Assembly: GCA_964016885.1 (NCBI GenBank)
Contig: OZ024755.1
Location: 23,188,001-23,252,000 of the forward strand
DNA length: 64,000 nucleotides
Direction: 5' to 3'
DNA from: Eledone cirrhosa
Lineage: Eukaryota
Below, in pieces: positions 1-13,600 of this stretch. Made by a program: the position numbers and the translations under genes. The number at the start of each line of letters is the position of its first letter. Within the stretch, counting starts at the first letter, position 1. The notes under the pieces were generated by a model. The model searched no databases and had not been told where the DNA came from. It saw only the letters and a list, made by a program, of their open reading frames with translations.

Positions 1-1
1 A

Positions 2-558
2 ATCTTCAATAGGCATACAATTAAATTAACCTATTCATCCACCAAAATTTAGCACAAAATATTAATAGAATAAATAATAGGAACTTAAAAACTACTGATA
101 ATAGCATAAATAATATACAAGTTAACAAATGCAACTGTAGAGATAGATCTAAATGTCCGTTAAATAACAACTGCTTAGTTAAAAATATAGTATACAATTG
201 TAATGTTAATACTGACTCTAATTCTTTTAACTACGTCGGTTCCACATCGACGGAATTTAAACTTCGCTATAATAACCACAAGAATTCTTTCACAGATCCA
301 AATAAAAAATCTTCAACGGCACTATCAGGTGTACTCTGGCAACTTAAGCTAGATAACGTTAGATATTCGACGGCTTGGAATATAGTCTCAAGAGGGATTC
401 CTTTTAATCCATCCTCTGAGACATGTGACCTCTGCGCAGAGGAGATATTCTTTATACTAAAATCTAAAAATTCCCTTAACCTACGGACAAATTTATTCAG
501 TTGTTGCAAACATAGATTAAACTCAACGTTTAAATATAAATTTAAATTTAAAATGTAG
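2..558 (+). mobile_element. Penelope-like element (Naiad-type) 3' coding end: linker Zn motif + GIY-YIG endonuclease, one frameshift
   Basis: Manual translation: IFNRHTIKLTYSST (frameshift near 46), then frame 1 ...CNCRDRSKCPLNNNCLVKNIVY...YVGSTSTEFKLRYNNHKNSF...STALSGVLWQLK...WNIV...CDLCAEE..ILK...LNLRTNLFSCCKH, stop at 556-558. CxCx5C linker plus IVY/YVG, R, H, E, N catalytic pattern. Confidence 0.88.
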
Positions 559-1698
559 TATATTTAGTTTGATTTATATTTATATGAGAACTAGCCGATA
601 AATCTTTTGATTCCTAAATCTTTGATTCCCTCTTTTTTTACTGTTTATTTTATTGTATTTATTTTTATTTTATTTTATTTTTTATTTTTTATTTTTTATT
701 TTTATTTTTATCTAAACATTCCTCATGAAAAATTAAGCTACCCTAAAAGCCGATGCTCCAAATTTTATGAATTAACCTTACACTTGATAAACTTATATAT
801 TAAATATAGGAACATATGTAGACATTATTGGACATCATAAACTTTTTTTTTTTTTTTTTGCGATATTCCTTGCTAGATGTGATTTGATAGATAATTTTTG
901 GCTTTGTCTTGTAGTGAACTTGGCAATATATTGTCAATTAACCTTGAAGGGTTGTTCTTTGTGGTTTATTTTTTATTTTTATTTTTATTTTTATTTTTAT
1001 TTTTATTTTTATTTTTATTTTTATTTTTATTCTTTTAGTATTGTAGTATTCTATAATATTTTTATATTTTTATTTTTATTTTTTATTTTTTATTTTATTT
1101 TATTTTTATTTTTATTTTTAATATTTTTATATGTAAAGTTTTAATACGTAATAATTTTAAAACATAGTATTTTTAATATGCAATATTTTTATTATGTAAT
1201 ATTCTTTCGTAATATTCTTTTTTAGTTTTCTATTCTATATTTTTATATTTTTATATATTTTTACTTATTATCATTATTATTGTTATCTCTGCTTATAATA
1301 TAATATATATTTTCGATTAGTATATTGAAATCTGCTCTCTATTTCTGCTTGATAGATAATCTTGTAGAGTAATCGCAAGAATAATAATACGCTCAAATGT
1401 TTATACCACATTGAGAATGTTTTCCGGTAACTTTGAATTTGCGGAGTGAATCAGTTGGATTCACATAGACATATGAATTTTTTAAAAAACTAAACATAAG
1501 ATAATGAATTTTCACGCATTGTGAATACTTGTTTCATTCAGGAATACTGATATTTACAATATAGTGTAAGTTTTATAAATACTAATACATTAAAACATAG
1601 GGTTTTCTACGCCTCGAATATGTCTGGCTATTTTTAAATTTTTCTCTCTCTATATCTCTCTATATCTCTCTATATCTCCCTTACATTAATACTTGAGC

Positions 1699-1733
<35 letters not shown>

Positions 1734-2104
1734 ATGCATCATTGATACACTTACTCAAAATGACCTCCCACTACCTAATTTTTCTATATCTATATTTATA
1801 TATGTATCTATCTCTATTTCCTCTCTCTATATATATATATATATATCTCTTTCGGTCTCTTTACATGAAGCTCTTCGCTTTATCTATTTTTCCATCTCTC
1901 TATTTTGTCCCATGCATTTCTTCTTTTTCTTTTTCTTCTTTTTCTTCCTTTTCTTCGTTTCGTCTTTCTTTCTTTCTTATTTCCCTCTTTTCTCTCTCTC
2001 TTTCTTTCTCTCTGTATTTTCACTGCTAGAGTGAACCTCTTCAAATGAAGTTGATGTTTATTACGGTATGTCGAATATATTTATCTATAAAACTGTTTAT
2101 ATTG

Positions 2105-2170
2105 TATTTTGTCTGATGAAGGCATAGCATATTGTTAATATGATATCCCCGAAATATATATAATGAAATA
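2105..2170 (+). ncRNA. Minimal type-I hammerhead ribozyme in a PLE terminal-repeat fragment
   Basis: Stem I tattttgt/atgaaata; CTGATGA 2113-2119; long stem II aggcatagcatatt-gtt-aatatgatatcccc; GAAA 2151-2154; palindromic ATATATAT stem III; AUA cleavage triplet 2160-2162. Confidence 0.72.
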
Positions 2171-3339
2171 GATATGGTTTTATAAATATAGTTTTCCATT
2201 TATTTAATATTGTATATATATATATATATATTCATATATATTCATACATACATATCCATAAAAATATGTATAAACTTTATTTGGGAAGGAAGAAATAGAA
2301 AATATAATATAATGACCCTTTCAGTTGAATGGAACTGAAACATCCGGTTTTTACCCACCAAATGCTTCGTTGTAATTGGGTCTTTATCATTACACAAGTA
2401 ACCGTTGACTCTCTGTCATGCGATATAAATTTTTTGTTTTTCTTTTCTTTTTAACCCAAAGCCAACATAAGTTTTTACGTCGTCATAACGCTGTAAACCA
2501 ATGATTAATTAGCCAAAATAAAGAATTTGGAAGACAGACGGAACTGAAGTCTGGAAAAATAAATATATAAATAAAATACACATATGAATAAATTATAGCA
2601 TTTTAGTGCTTTGCCAAACTTTGCGCTAATAATTGCTGTTACGGTACCGTAACACGCACACCCTCTCCCCTAAACAAAACAAAATAGCAGCCGCAACATT
2701 TTCCCAAGAATTTAGGGTGCGATTTGTGGAAAAGTTAGCTGCTATTTTTAGCAGAACGAATGACTACATTGATGGCTTCTCATGAACTCATCGTCTGTAG
2801 GAAGTGAATAGAAATGTCCCAATCTGTTTTAGTTCGGTCCCAATTCATCACTGATTTTAAAAGACGTAAATGAATGGTGTTGCAGTCGGGATTATCCGGA
2901 TTTTTACTCAGATATAGTATATCATCTAGGACTACATTATCGAATATGCCTTCCCTTTTAAAAAAAAAAAGAGACTGGGGTATTATTGGTGGAAGAGTTA
3001 ACTGCTATTTCTAGCATATTGAAAGCCTACATAGAGGCAATTTTTTTCTATCGTTGCAATCGTTGTTGTTATTTATTCCCAAGCTTAACCCATATCAAAA
3101 TAAACTAAGGCCAGACATTCCATCTGTAATTTTTTTTTTTTTTTGGAATCGTCAGGCTGAGTATTTTGTGGTATTTATTCTGACTCTTTGCGTTCTGAGG
3201 TCAAATCCCGTTGAGGTCATCTTTGCCGCTCATCTTTTCAAGGTCGATAGATTAAGTACCAGTTCAATGTTGGTGTCAGTTGTCTTGTCTATTTCTTTCT
3301 CTTGCTCTCCTGCTCCATTTCTCTGGAAGTAATCAGCTG

Positions 3340-3870
3340 TGGTGATGGAAGGTGGATGATGGTCTACGCCATGTTTAAATAACCTAGATGAGGAGGCCCT
3401 TGCAACCCTATCAGGGATTACTGCCTCATGACATGGCTATTTAAACTTGATATTTTTATATTTAATAAAGTCACCATATTTACTGGTGAAATCACTTGAT
3501 TTAACCCAGTCCCCACAACTGATACGACGAACATACATAATAATTATGTCGTTTGGAAGCCTCGACAATGCAAATGGGTAAATCTCCGGGTAACAAGGTC
3601 CGGTGGTGGAGAGAGAGATATGTAAGTGGGTGTACGTTGAGATGCGTGGTGTGTATAAGATGTGTGAGATGTGTAGAATGAAGGGGAGAGTAAAAGGATA
3701 AAAATAATAATAACAACACAAGAGAGAGAGTTACCTTGGGAGAGATTTAATAGTCCCTATATATTTCGGATTCACATCCATCAACTGGGGTTTTTTCCGG
3801 GGTGGGGGAAAAGGTTGTCTGTCGGACAACTCGGAACGCGTCTTTCGCTGTTTGTTTATAATTTATGCAC
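3340..3870 (-). repeat. Unclassified non-coding repeat, probably a PLE terminal-repeat remnant, with a degenerate HHR-like motif
   Basis: Shares a 44-nt block with 60671-60714; minus strand 3755-3790 reads ccc CAGTTGA t gga tgtgaa tcc GAAA tata TA ggg. Confidence 0.4.
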
Positions 3871-3977
3871 AAGGCCAATAATTTGTGGGGAGGACAAAGT
3901 CGAGTATATCGATCCTGGTACTTTATTTTACTCACTGAATGTTAATTTCCATTTTTTAACATATTTATTAATATAGT

Positions 3978-4140
3978 AAGGCGGCGAATTTTCAGAATTG
4001 TTAAAACAGCGGATGTAATGCGTTGTTGTATTCGTTCCGGCTCACTGCTATCTGAGTTTTAAACCCACCGAGGTCAACTTTGTCTTTCAATCCTTTCGAG
4101 GTCGATAAAATATGTACCAGTCTAGTACTGGGGTCGATTC
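3978..4140 (+). mobile_element. Degenerate tRNA-derived SINE (another at ~3155-3280)
   Basis: aggcggcgaa...ctgagttttaaacccaccgaggtcaactttgtctttcaatcctttcgaggtcgataaaatatgtaccag matches the window SINE consensus. Confidence 0.7.
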
Positions 4141-4427
4141 TTCTTCTATATCTCATTCTTATCTCCTTTCTCTCACTTGCTATACTTCTTTGGAGGAAAT
4201 CACTAGCATTCAAAAATACTCCCAGAACTCGCTGTTATTGAAACACTTGAGCTGACAGTGCCACACCAAAACACACATATCATCATTTGACAAAGCAAAA
4301 TTAATAACACATCCAACCAGTACCTACAGGTTGGATGTGCAGCTCACCTTTCACCTACCCGAGCTGCACATCCAACCCTTCAGCCACATACATTTACGTA
4401 CCACCACATTTTTTTTACGACAGCGGC

Positions 4428-4745
4428 CAGGGCCGGATTTAGATTTGATGAGGCCCTAAGCTATTTGAGATAATTGTTTCTACTTTAGGCACAAGGCCAG
4501 CAATTACCCAGTGCATTACTGGTACTTTATTTTATCGACCCCGTAAGGATGAAAGGCAAAGTCAACCTCGGCGGGATTTGAACTCAGATCGTAAAGGGAC
4601 GTAACTATGCTGGAAAGCATGGCGTCCGAAGATAATGGGGCCCTTTATATGTCCAGATGTCCTATGACAGCGACAAATTGTCGCTGTTTTTTGTGTGGGG
4701 GCATTAAGGTATAGCTTGTTTAGCTTATACGTAAATCCCACTCTG
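4428..4745. mobile_element. hAT-type MITE interrupted by a SINE
   Basis: Imperfect TIRs CAGGGCCGGATTTA / TAAATCCCACTCTG; 8-bp TSD acagcggc (4420-4427) / atagcggc (4746-4753). Confidence 0.75.
4475..4629 (-). mobile_element. tRNA-derived SINE nested in the MITE
   Basis: Near-identical to the reverse complement of 5730-5920; TSD agataat at 4468-4474 and 4630-4636. Confidence 0.9.
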
Positions 4746-5248
4746 ATAGCGGCATTAAAACAACAGCCACCCTAGCACTCCATTACAGAAATATCAATAC
4801 CTATTTGGTCGCGGACAGCCTCCACGACTTCTTGGAACACAGATACGTACCCAAGACAAACATATGACCATTACATTGCATAATAAATAGTAATCACTTA
4901 CTCCACCTATTCCACTATAAATACACGAGATATAATCATCACCACTAACTCCGTAGTACCATGAAGTGTGGATACCTTGAGTATATCAAATCTATACCCC
5001 TAACTATAATCTAAGGTGATTTAAGCACTAGCTTAGTTACTAGTAAATAAACTTGAACCAAAAAACCCACTAGATTTTACTTTATTAACACAGGTTGGTT
5101 GTTGTTATTTTTTTTTTTTTTTTTCCAGATAACTAAATAACTTACATAAAATTTCTCAATCCGTTGACAGATATATCTAATTTGCTAATCCTATAGACCT
5201 GTTGTTTGAAGGCCACGATAACCATGTCTAGAGACAGACAGGCAGAAA

Positions 5249-5376
5249 GACACACAGACACACACACACACACACACACACAGACACACACACAAACACA
5301 CACAGACACACACACAAACACACACAGACACACACACAAACACACACAGACACACAGACACACACACAGACACACA

Positions 5377-5448
<72 letters not shown>
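5249..5448. repeat. (CA)n microsatellite
   Basis: Direct observation; explains the VC/HT ORFs. Confidence 0.98.
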
Positions 5449-5449
<1 letters not shown>

Positions 5450-5455
<6 letters not shown>

Positions 5456-5710
5456 ATTGTTGTTTATATCCCAATGAAAGAGTCTTGCTTCTATATAAGG
5501 AACCGATTCTCAATTGGTAGAAATACACATACACACACACATACATACACACACACATACACACATTAATGGAACAGTAGAAATATGTAAAACCTTCTAA
5601 TAATGTTGCATGTAAGAACTGCATGTACACATAGACCGATGCAAAATATATGCACATGCACACCTATAAGTCAAAACATCCACATCCACACACATATAAT
5701 AACATCCATA
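5450..5710 (+). mobile_element. 3' UTR fragments of the R4/Dong-type LINE seen at 47.5-49.6 kb
   Basis: 5564-5710 aligns by eye to ~47711-47854 and 5450-5525 to ~47882-47957. Confidence 0.7.
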
Positions 5711-5729
5711 AATATTATTAAACACACAA

Positions 5730-5920
5730 TGGCGGTGGATTGGCAGTATCGGTAGAGGGTCGGACGCCATGCTTTGCAGCATAGTTACGTCCCTTTACGA
5801 TCTGAGTTCAAATCCCACCGAGGTTGACTTTGCCTTTCATCCTTACGGGGTCGATAAAATAAAGTACCAGTAATGCACTGGGTAATTGCTGGCCTTGTGC
5901 CTAAAGTAGAAACAATTATT
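5730..5920 (+). mobile_element. Full-length tRNA-derived SINE with a Meta/MESC-like central domain (reference copy)
   Basis: A-box tggcagtatcgg, B-box gagttcaaatccc, core gcctttcatccttacggggtcgataaaataaagtaccag; TSD attattaaacac(ac)aat on both sides. Domain assignment is from recall of the Meta-domain consensus. Confidence 0.9.
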
Positions 5921-6074
5921 AAACACAATAAATATTCTATCTCAAGTTGACCAGGTAGATACACTCAGATGTACACATGCATATAAACAATTACACACAC
6001 AACCGATATCTACACATACAACCACTCCCTAACCAAAGAAAAAGAAACAATAACAGTTATATGAAGAGAATTTA

Positions 6075-6160
6075 CATGTGCTAAAGCAAAAGACACTTGT
6101 CCAAGATACCAGACAATGGAATCGAACCCAGCATCTAATGATTGTGATGAGAACTCCTTA
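6075..6160 (-). mobile_element. Degenerate second SINE family, CORE-like (related pieces at ~16150-16222 minus and ~35800-35880 plus)
   Basis: Minus strand gggttcgattcc B-box followed by cttggacaagtgtct, resembling a CORE domain. Confidence 0.5.
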
Positions 6161-6287
6161 TAGGGGATGAGGGAACTTTAACATTTTAATGCAGTTGTTT
6201 TGGTTGTTGTTGTTTTAGCTCAGGTGAACGCTTTGAAGCAGACCTATGGTCAAAAGCACTTCAGTTGACGCCAAACCGCCTATTTAA

Positions 6288-6495
6288 CCCTTTAGCATTT
6301 ACATTTCTCTATATTTACTATTATATTCTCATGGTAAAGTCTTTAACTCACATAATATCAAGCCTATGACATTTTGATATTACTTATTTTGAGAACAATA
6401 CCTTAACATCAATATGAACGGCCAGTTACAGTCAGTTTGAACAGAAAGAGGTGAGAGAATTCTAACTGGACATGGTCGGTTTAAATGCTAAAGGG
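6288..6495. mobile_element. piggyBac-type MITE
   Basis: TTAA on both sides (6284-6287, 6496-6499); TIR CCCTTTAGCATTTA / TAAATGCTAAAGGG. Confidence 0.85.
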
Positions 6496-6567
6496 TTAAA
6501 GTGTTTTAAAACACTATATAATATTTCCTCCTTAATTAATTAATTAATTAATTGTTTGTTTATCTGT

Positions 6568-6736
6568 AAAATTAGTTGGGTTGTGATTTAATAGGAATAT
6601 GACTTCTATTTCTAGCAGATCGACTGGGTACATAGTAGTTTACTGTTCGGTTGGCCACATGTAAACCACTATGCAGCCAGGCGATCTGCTAGAAATAGAA
6701 GTCATATTCCTATTAAATCACAACCCAACTAATTTT
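6568..6736. repeat. Fold-back inverted repeat, ~75-bp arms
   Basis: aaaattagttgggttgtg...ctagcagatcg and its exact reverse complement; inner ~20 bp of the arms imperfect. Confidence 0.9.
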
Positions 6737-7239
6737 GTATAGTAGACTCACAGCGCCTGCTTTGGGTTAAGTTTATATGTACTGTTTGTTTATAAATATA
6801 TATCTACGCATATATCCACACATGTATCCACATATAGGTTCTGACTATACATATGTAGATTTATATATTGCTTATAATGTTTTCGTGTATTCACATACAG
6901 GTAAATAGCCCTCAAGTCATATTTATAGCAGGCTTTCAATGTTGTAATTATTCAGCTTTTAATAACCAATCTTGTAGCCATTTTCTATTCGCATACATAG
7001 CTAATACTCCTGAGAAATATTTCATAATTTCGAAATATAATTGCAAGTAGAATTTTAGAAAATGACGTCACACGACGAAGAAAAATGGAAGAGGTATCAG
7101 AGGGACTGGGAAATGGGGTGGAAATGGTGGAGCACTTCACTTTGATATTAACTGAAGGTAGATTTTTTTCTCTAGTTCGAAGTTAAAAAGGAAAGAATGA
7201 AGCAATACAAGCTCAGCTCATGCCACAGTCACCATCACT

Positions 7240-7500
7240 CTAGTAGTAGTAGTGGCGGCGGTGGTGGTGGTAGTAGTAGTAGTAGTAGCGGCGGTGGTAG
7301 TAGTAGCGGTGGTGGTGGTGGTGGTGGTAGCGGCGGCGGCGGCGGTGGTGGTAGTAGTAGTAGTAGTGGCGGCGGCGGTGGTGGTGGTAGTAGTAGTAGC
7401 GGCGATAGTAGTAGTAGCGGCGGTGGTGGTGGTAGTAGTAGTAGTAGTAGCTACGGTGGTGGTGGTGGTGGTGGTGGTAGTAATGGCGGTGGTGGTAGTA
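7240..7500. repeat. Mixed (GGT)n/(AGT)n/(GGC)n trinucleotide tract
   Basis: Direct observation; source of the poly-G/S, poly-V and poly-T ORFs. Confidence 0.95.
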
Positions 7501-7643
7501 ACAGCAGCAACAGAGACAGCAAAAATATATCCAACAATAGGGGCAACGGCATCACTGTCACAGCCACAAACTATAGTAAAAAACATTCTCAGCCATAGGA
7601 ACGGGACGAGAAGAATAAAAGTTATTGCAATAAAAACCAACGC

Positions 7644-10600
7644 GACACCACCACATTGACTGTGGGTGGTTGCACTACAAGTACCAGTAAGACACCACCA
7701 CATTGACTGTGGGTGGTGGCACTACAAGTACCAGTAAGACACCACCACATTGACTGTGGGTGGTTGCACTACAAGTACCAGAAAGACACCACCACATTGA
7801 CTGTGGGTGGTGGCACTACAAGTACCAGTAAGACACCACCACATTGACTGTGGGTGGTGGCACTACAAGTACCAGTAAGACACCACCACATTGACTGTGG
7901 GTGGTGGCACTACAAGTACCAGTAAGACACCACCACATTGACTGTGGGTGGTGGCACTATAAGTACCAGTAAGACACCACCACATTGACTGTGGGTGGTG
8001 GCACTACAAGTACCAGTAAGACACCACCACATTGACTGTGGGTGGTGGCACTACAAGTACCAGTAAGACACCATCACATTGACTGTGGGTGGTGGCACTA
8101 CAAGTACCAGTAAGACACCACCACATTGACTGTGGGTGGTGGCACTACAAGGACCAGTAAGACACCACCACATTGACTGTGGGTGGTGGCACTACAAGTA
8201 CCAGTAAGACACCACCACATTGACTGTGGGTGGTGGCACTACAAGTACCAGTAAGACACCACCACATTGACTGTGGGTGGTGGCACTATAAGTACCAGTA
8301 AGACACCACCACATTGACTGTAGGTGGTGGCACTATAGTACCAGTAAGACACCACCACATTGACTGTGGGTGGTGGCACTACAAGTACCAGTAAGACACC
8401 ATCACATTGACTGTGGGTGGTGGCACTACAAGTACCAGTAAGACACCATCACATTGACTGTGGGTGGTGGCACTATAGTACCAGTAAGACACCACCACAT
8501 TGACTGTGGGTGGTGGCACTACAAGTACCAGTAAGACACCATCACATTGACTGTGGGTGGTGGCACTACAAGTACCAGTAAGACACCATCACATTGACTG
8601 TGGGTGGTGGCACTACAAGTACCAGTAAGACACCACCACATTGACTGTAGGTGGTGGCACTATAGTACCAGTAAGACACCATCACATTGACTGTGGGTGG
8701 TGGCACTACAAGTACCAGTAAGACACCATCACATTGACTGTGGGTGGTGGCACTACAAGTACCAGTAAGACACCATCACATTGACTGTGGGTGGTGGCAC
8801 TACAAGTACCAGTAAGACACCACCACATTGACTGTGGGTGGTGGCACTACAAGTACCAGTAAGACACCACCACATTGACTGTGGGTGGTGGCACTACAAG
8901 TACCAGTAAGACACCACCACATTGACTGTGGGTGGTGACACTACAAGTACCAGTAAGACACCACCACATTGACTGTGGGTGGTGGCACTACAAGTACCAG
9001 TAAGACACCACTACATTGACTGTGGGTGGTGGCACTACAAGTACCAGTAAGACACCACTACATTGACTGTGGGTGGTGGCACTACAAGTACCAGTAAGAC
9101 ACCACCACATTGACTGTGGGTGGTGGCACTACAAGTACCAGTAAGACACCACCACATTGACTGTGGGTGGTGGCACTACAAGTACCAGTAAGACACCACC
9201 CCATTGACTGTGGGTGGTGACACTACAAGTACCAGTAAGACACCATCACATTGACTGTGGGTGGTGGCACTACAAGTACCAGTAAGACACCGCCACATTG
9301 ACTGTGGGTGGTGGCACTACAAGTACCAGTAAGACACCACCCCATTGACTGTGGGTGGTGACACTACAAGTACCAGTAAGACACCACTACATTGACTGTG
9401 GGTGGTGGCACTACAAGTACCAGTAAGACACCATCACATTGACTGTGGGTGGTGGCACTACAAGTACCAGTAAGACACCACCACATTGACTGTGGCTGGT
9501 GGCACTACAAGTACCAGTAAGACACCACCACATTGACTGTGGGTGGTGGCACTACAAGTACCAGTAAGACACCACCACATTGACTGTGGGTGGTGGCACT
9601 ACAAGTACCAGTAAGACACCACCACATTGACTGTGGGTGGTGGCACTACAAGTACCAGTAAGACACCATCACATTGACTGTGGCTGGTGGCACTACAAGT
9701 ACCAGTAAGACACTACCACATTGACTGTGGGTGGTGGCACTACAAGTACCAGTAAGACACTACCACATTGACTGTGGGTGGTGGCACTACAAGTACCAGT
9801 AAGACACCGCCACATTGACTGTGGGTGGTGGCACTACAAGTACCAGTAAGACACCACCACATTGACTGTGGCTGGTGGCACTACAAGTACCAGTAAGACA
9901 CCACCACATTGACTGTGGGTGGTGGCACTACAAGTACCAGTAAGACACTACCACATTGACTGTGGGTGGTGGCACTACAAGGACCAGTAAGACACCACCA
10001 CATTGACTGTGGGTGGTGGCACTATAAGTACCAGTAAGACACCACCACATTGACTGTGGGTGGTGGCACTACAAGTACCAGTAAGACACCACCACATTGA
10101 CTGTGGGTGGTGGCACTACAAGTACCAGTAAGACACCATCACATTGACTGTGGGTGGTGGCACTACAAGTACCAGTAAGACACCACCACATTGACTGTGG
10201 GTGGTGGCACTACAAGGACCAGTAAGACACCACCACATTGACTGTGGGTGGTGGCACTACAAGTACCAGTAAGACACCACCACATTGACTGTGGGTGGTG
10301 GCACTACAAGTACCAGTAAGACACCACCACATTGACTGTGGGTGGTGGCACTATAAGTACCAGTAAGACACCACCACATTGACTGTAGGTGGTGGCACTA
10401 TAGTACCAGTAAGACACCACCACATTGACTGTGGGTGGTGGCACTACAAGTACCAGTAAGACACCATCACATTGACTGTGGGTGGTGGCACTACAAGTAC
10501 CAGTAAGACACCATCACATTGACTGTGGGTGGTGGCACTATAGTACCAGTAAGACACCACCACATTGACTGTGGGTGGTGGCACTACAAGTACCAGTAAG

Positions 10601-13600
10601 ACACCATCACATTGACTGTGGGTGGTGGCACTACAAGTACCAGTAAGACACCATCACATTGACTGTGGGTGGTGGCACTACAAGTACCAGTAAGACACCA
10701 CCACATTGACTGTAGGTGGTGGCACTATAGTACCAGTAAGACACCATCACATTGACTGTGGGTGGTGGCACTACAAGTACCAGTAAGACACCATCACATT
10801 GACTGTGGGTGGTGGCACTACAAGTACCAGTAAGACACCATCACATTGACTGTGGGTGGTGGCACTACGAGTACCAGTAAGACACCACCACATTGACTGT
10901 GGGTGGTGGCACTACAAGTACCAGTAAGACACCACCACATTGACTGTGGGTGGTGGCACTACAAGTACCAGTAAGACACCACCACATTGACTGTGGGTGG
11001 TGACACTACAAGTACCAGTAAGACACCACCACATTGACTGTGGGTGGTGGCACTACAAGTACCAGTAAGACACCACTACATTGACTGTGGGTGGTGGCAC
11101 TACAAGTACCAGTAAGACACCACTACATTGACTGTGGGTGGTGGCACTACAAGTACCAGTAAGACACCACCACATTGACTGTGGGTGGTGGCACTACAAG
11201 TACCAGTAAGACACCACCACATTGACTGTGGGTGGTGGCACTACAAGTACCAGTAAGACACCACCACATTGACTGTGGGTGGTGGCACTACAAGTACCAG
11301 TAAGACACCACCACATTGACTGTGGGTGGTGGCACTACAAGTACCAGTAAGACACCATCACATTGACTGTGGCTGGTGGCACTACAAGTACCAGTAAGAC
11401 ACCACCACATTGACTGTGGGTGGTGGCACTACAAGTACCAGTAAGACACCACCACATTGACTGTGGGTGGTGGCACTACAAGTACCAGTAAGACACCACC
11501 ACATTGACTGTGGGTGGTGGCACTACAAGTACCAGTAAGACACCACCCCATTGACTGTGGGTGGTGACACTACAAGTACCAGTAAGACACCATCACATTG
11601 ACTGTGGGTGGTGGCACTACAAGTACCAGTAAGACACCGCCACATTGACTGTGGGTGGTGGCACTACAAGTACCAGTAAGACACCACCCCATTGACTGTG
11701 GGTGGTGACACTACAAGTACCAGTAAGACACCACTACATTGACTGTGGGTGGTGGCACTACAAGTACCAGTAAGACACCATCACATTGACTGTGGGTGGT
11801 GGCACTACAAGTACCAGTAAGACACCACCACATTGACTGTGGCTGGTGGCACTACAAGTACCAGTAAGACACCACCACATTGACTGTGGGTGGTGGCACT
11901 ACAAGTACCAGTAAGACACCACCACATTGACTGTGGGTGGTGGCACTACAAGTACCAGTAAGACACCACCACATTGACTGTGGGTGGTGGCACTACAAGT
12001 ACCAGTAAGACACCATCACATTGACTGTGGCTGGTGGCACTACAAGTACCAGTAAGACACTACCACATTGACTGTGGGTGGTGGCACTACAAGTACCAGT
12101 AAGACACTACCACATTGACTGTGGGTGGTGGCACTACAAGTACCAGTAAGACACCACCACATTGACTGTGGCTGGTGGCACTACAAGTACCAGTAAGACA
12201 CCACCACATTGACTGTGGGTGGTGGCACTACAAGTACCAGTAAGACACTACCACATTGACTGTGGGTGGTGGCACTACAAGGACCAGTAAGACACCACCA
12301 CATTGACTGTGGGTGGTGGCACTACAAGTACCAGTAAGACACCACCACATTGACTGTGGGTGGTGGCACTACAAGTACCAGTAAGACACCACCACATTGA
12401 CTGTGGCTGGTGGCACTACAAGTACCAGTAAGACACCACCACATTGACTGTGGGTGGTGGCACTACAAGTACCAGTAAGACACCACCACATTGACTGTGG
12501 GTGGTGGCACTACAAGTACCAGTAAGACACCACCACATTGACTGTGGCTGGTGGCACTACAAGTACCAGTAAGACACCACCACATTGACTGTGGGTGGTG
12601 GCACTACAAGTACCAGTAAGACACCACCACATTGACTGTGGGTGGTGGCACTACAAGTACCAGTAAGACACCACCACATTGACTGTGGGTGGTGGCACTA
12701 CAAGTACCAGTAAGACACCACTACATTGACTGTGGGTGGTGGCACTACAAGTACCAGTAAGACACCACCACATTGACTGTGGCTGGTGGCACTACAAGTA
12801 CCAGTAAGACACCACCACATTGACTGTGGGTGGTGGCACTACAAGTACCAGTAAGACACCACCACATTGACTGTGGGTGGTGGCACTACAAGTACCAGTA
12901 AGACACCATCACATTGACTGTGGGTGGTGGCACTACAAGTACCAGTAAGACACCACCACATTGACTGTGGGTGGTGGCACTACAAGTACCAGTAAGACAC
13001 CATCACATTGACTGTGGGTGGTGGCACTACAAGTACCAGTAAGACACCACCACATTGACTGTGGGTGGTGGCACTACAAGTACCAGTAAGACACCACCAC
13101 ATTGACTGTGGGTGGTGGCACTACAAGTACCAGTAAGACACCATCACATTGACTGTGGGTGGTGGCACTACAAGTACCTGTAAGACACCACCACATTGAC
13201 TGTGGGTGGTGGCACTACAAGTACCAGTAAGACACCACCACATTGACTGTGGGTGGTGGCACTACAAGTACCAGTAAGACACCACCACATTGACTGTGGG
13301 TGGTGGCACTACAAGTACCAGTAAGACACCACCACATTGACTGTGGGTGGTGGCACTACAAGTACCAGTAAGACACCACCACATTGACTGTGGGTGGTGG
13401 CACTACAAGTACCAGTAAGACACCACTACATTGACTGTGGGTGGTGGCACTACAAGTACCAGTAAGACACCACCACATTGACTGTGGGTGGTGGCACTAC
13501 AAGTACCAATAAGACACCATCACATTGACTGTGGGTGGTGGCACTACAAGTACCAGTAAGACACCACCACATTGACTGTGGGTGGTGGCACTACAAGTAC

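Noticed and set aside
5730-5825. tRNA gene
   Set aside because: The A/B boxes belong to a SINE head; no cloverleaf; many copies with TSDs.
7197-7703. Gly/Ser-rich, poly-Val or poly-Thr protein ORFs
   Set aside because: Products of a trinucleotide tract that is open in several frames.
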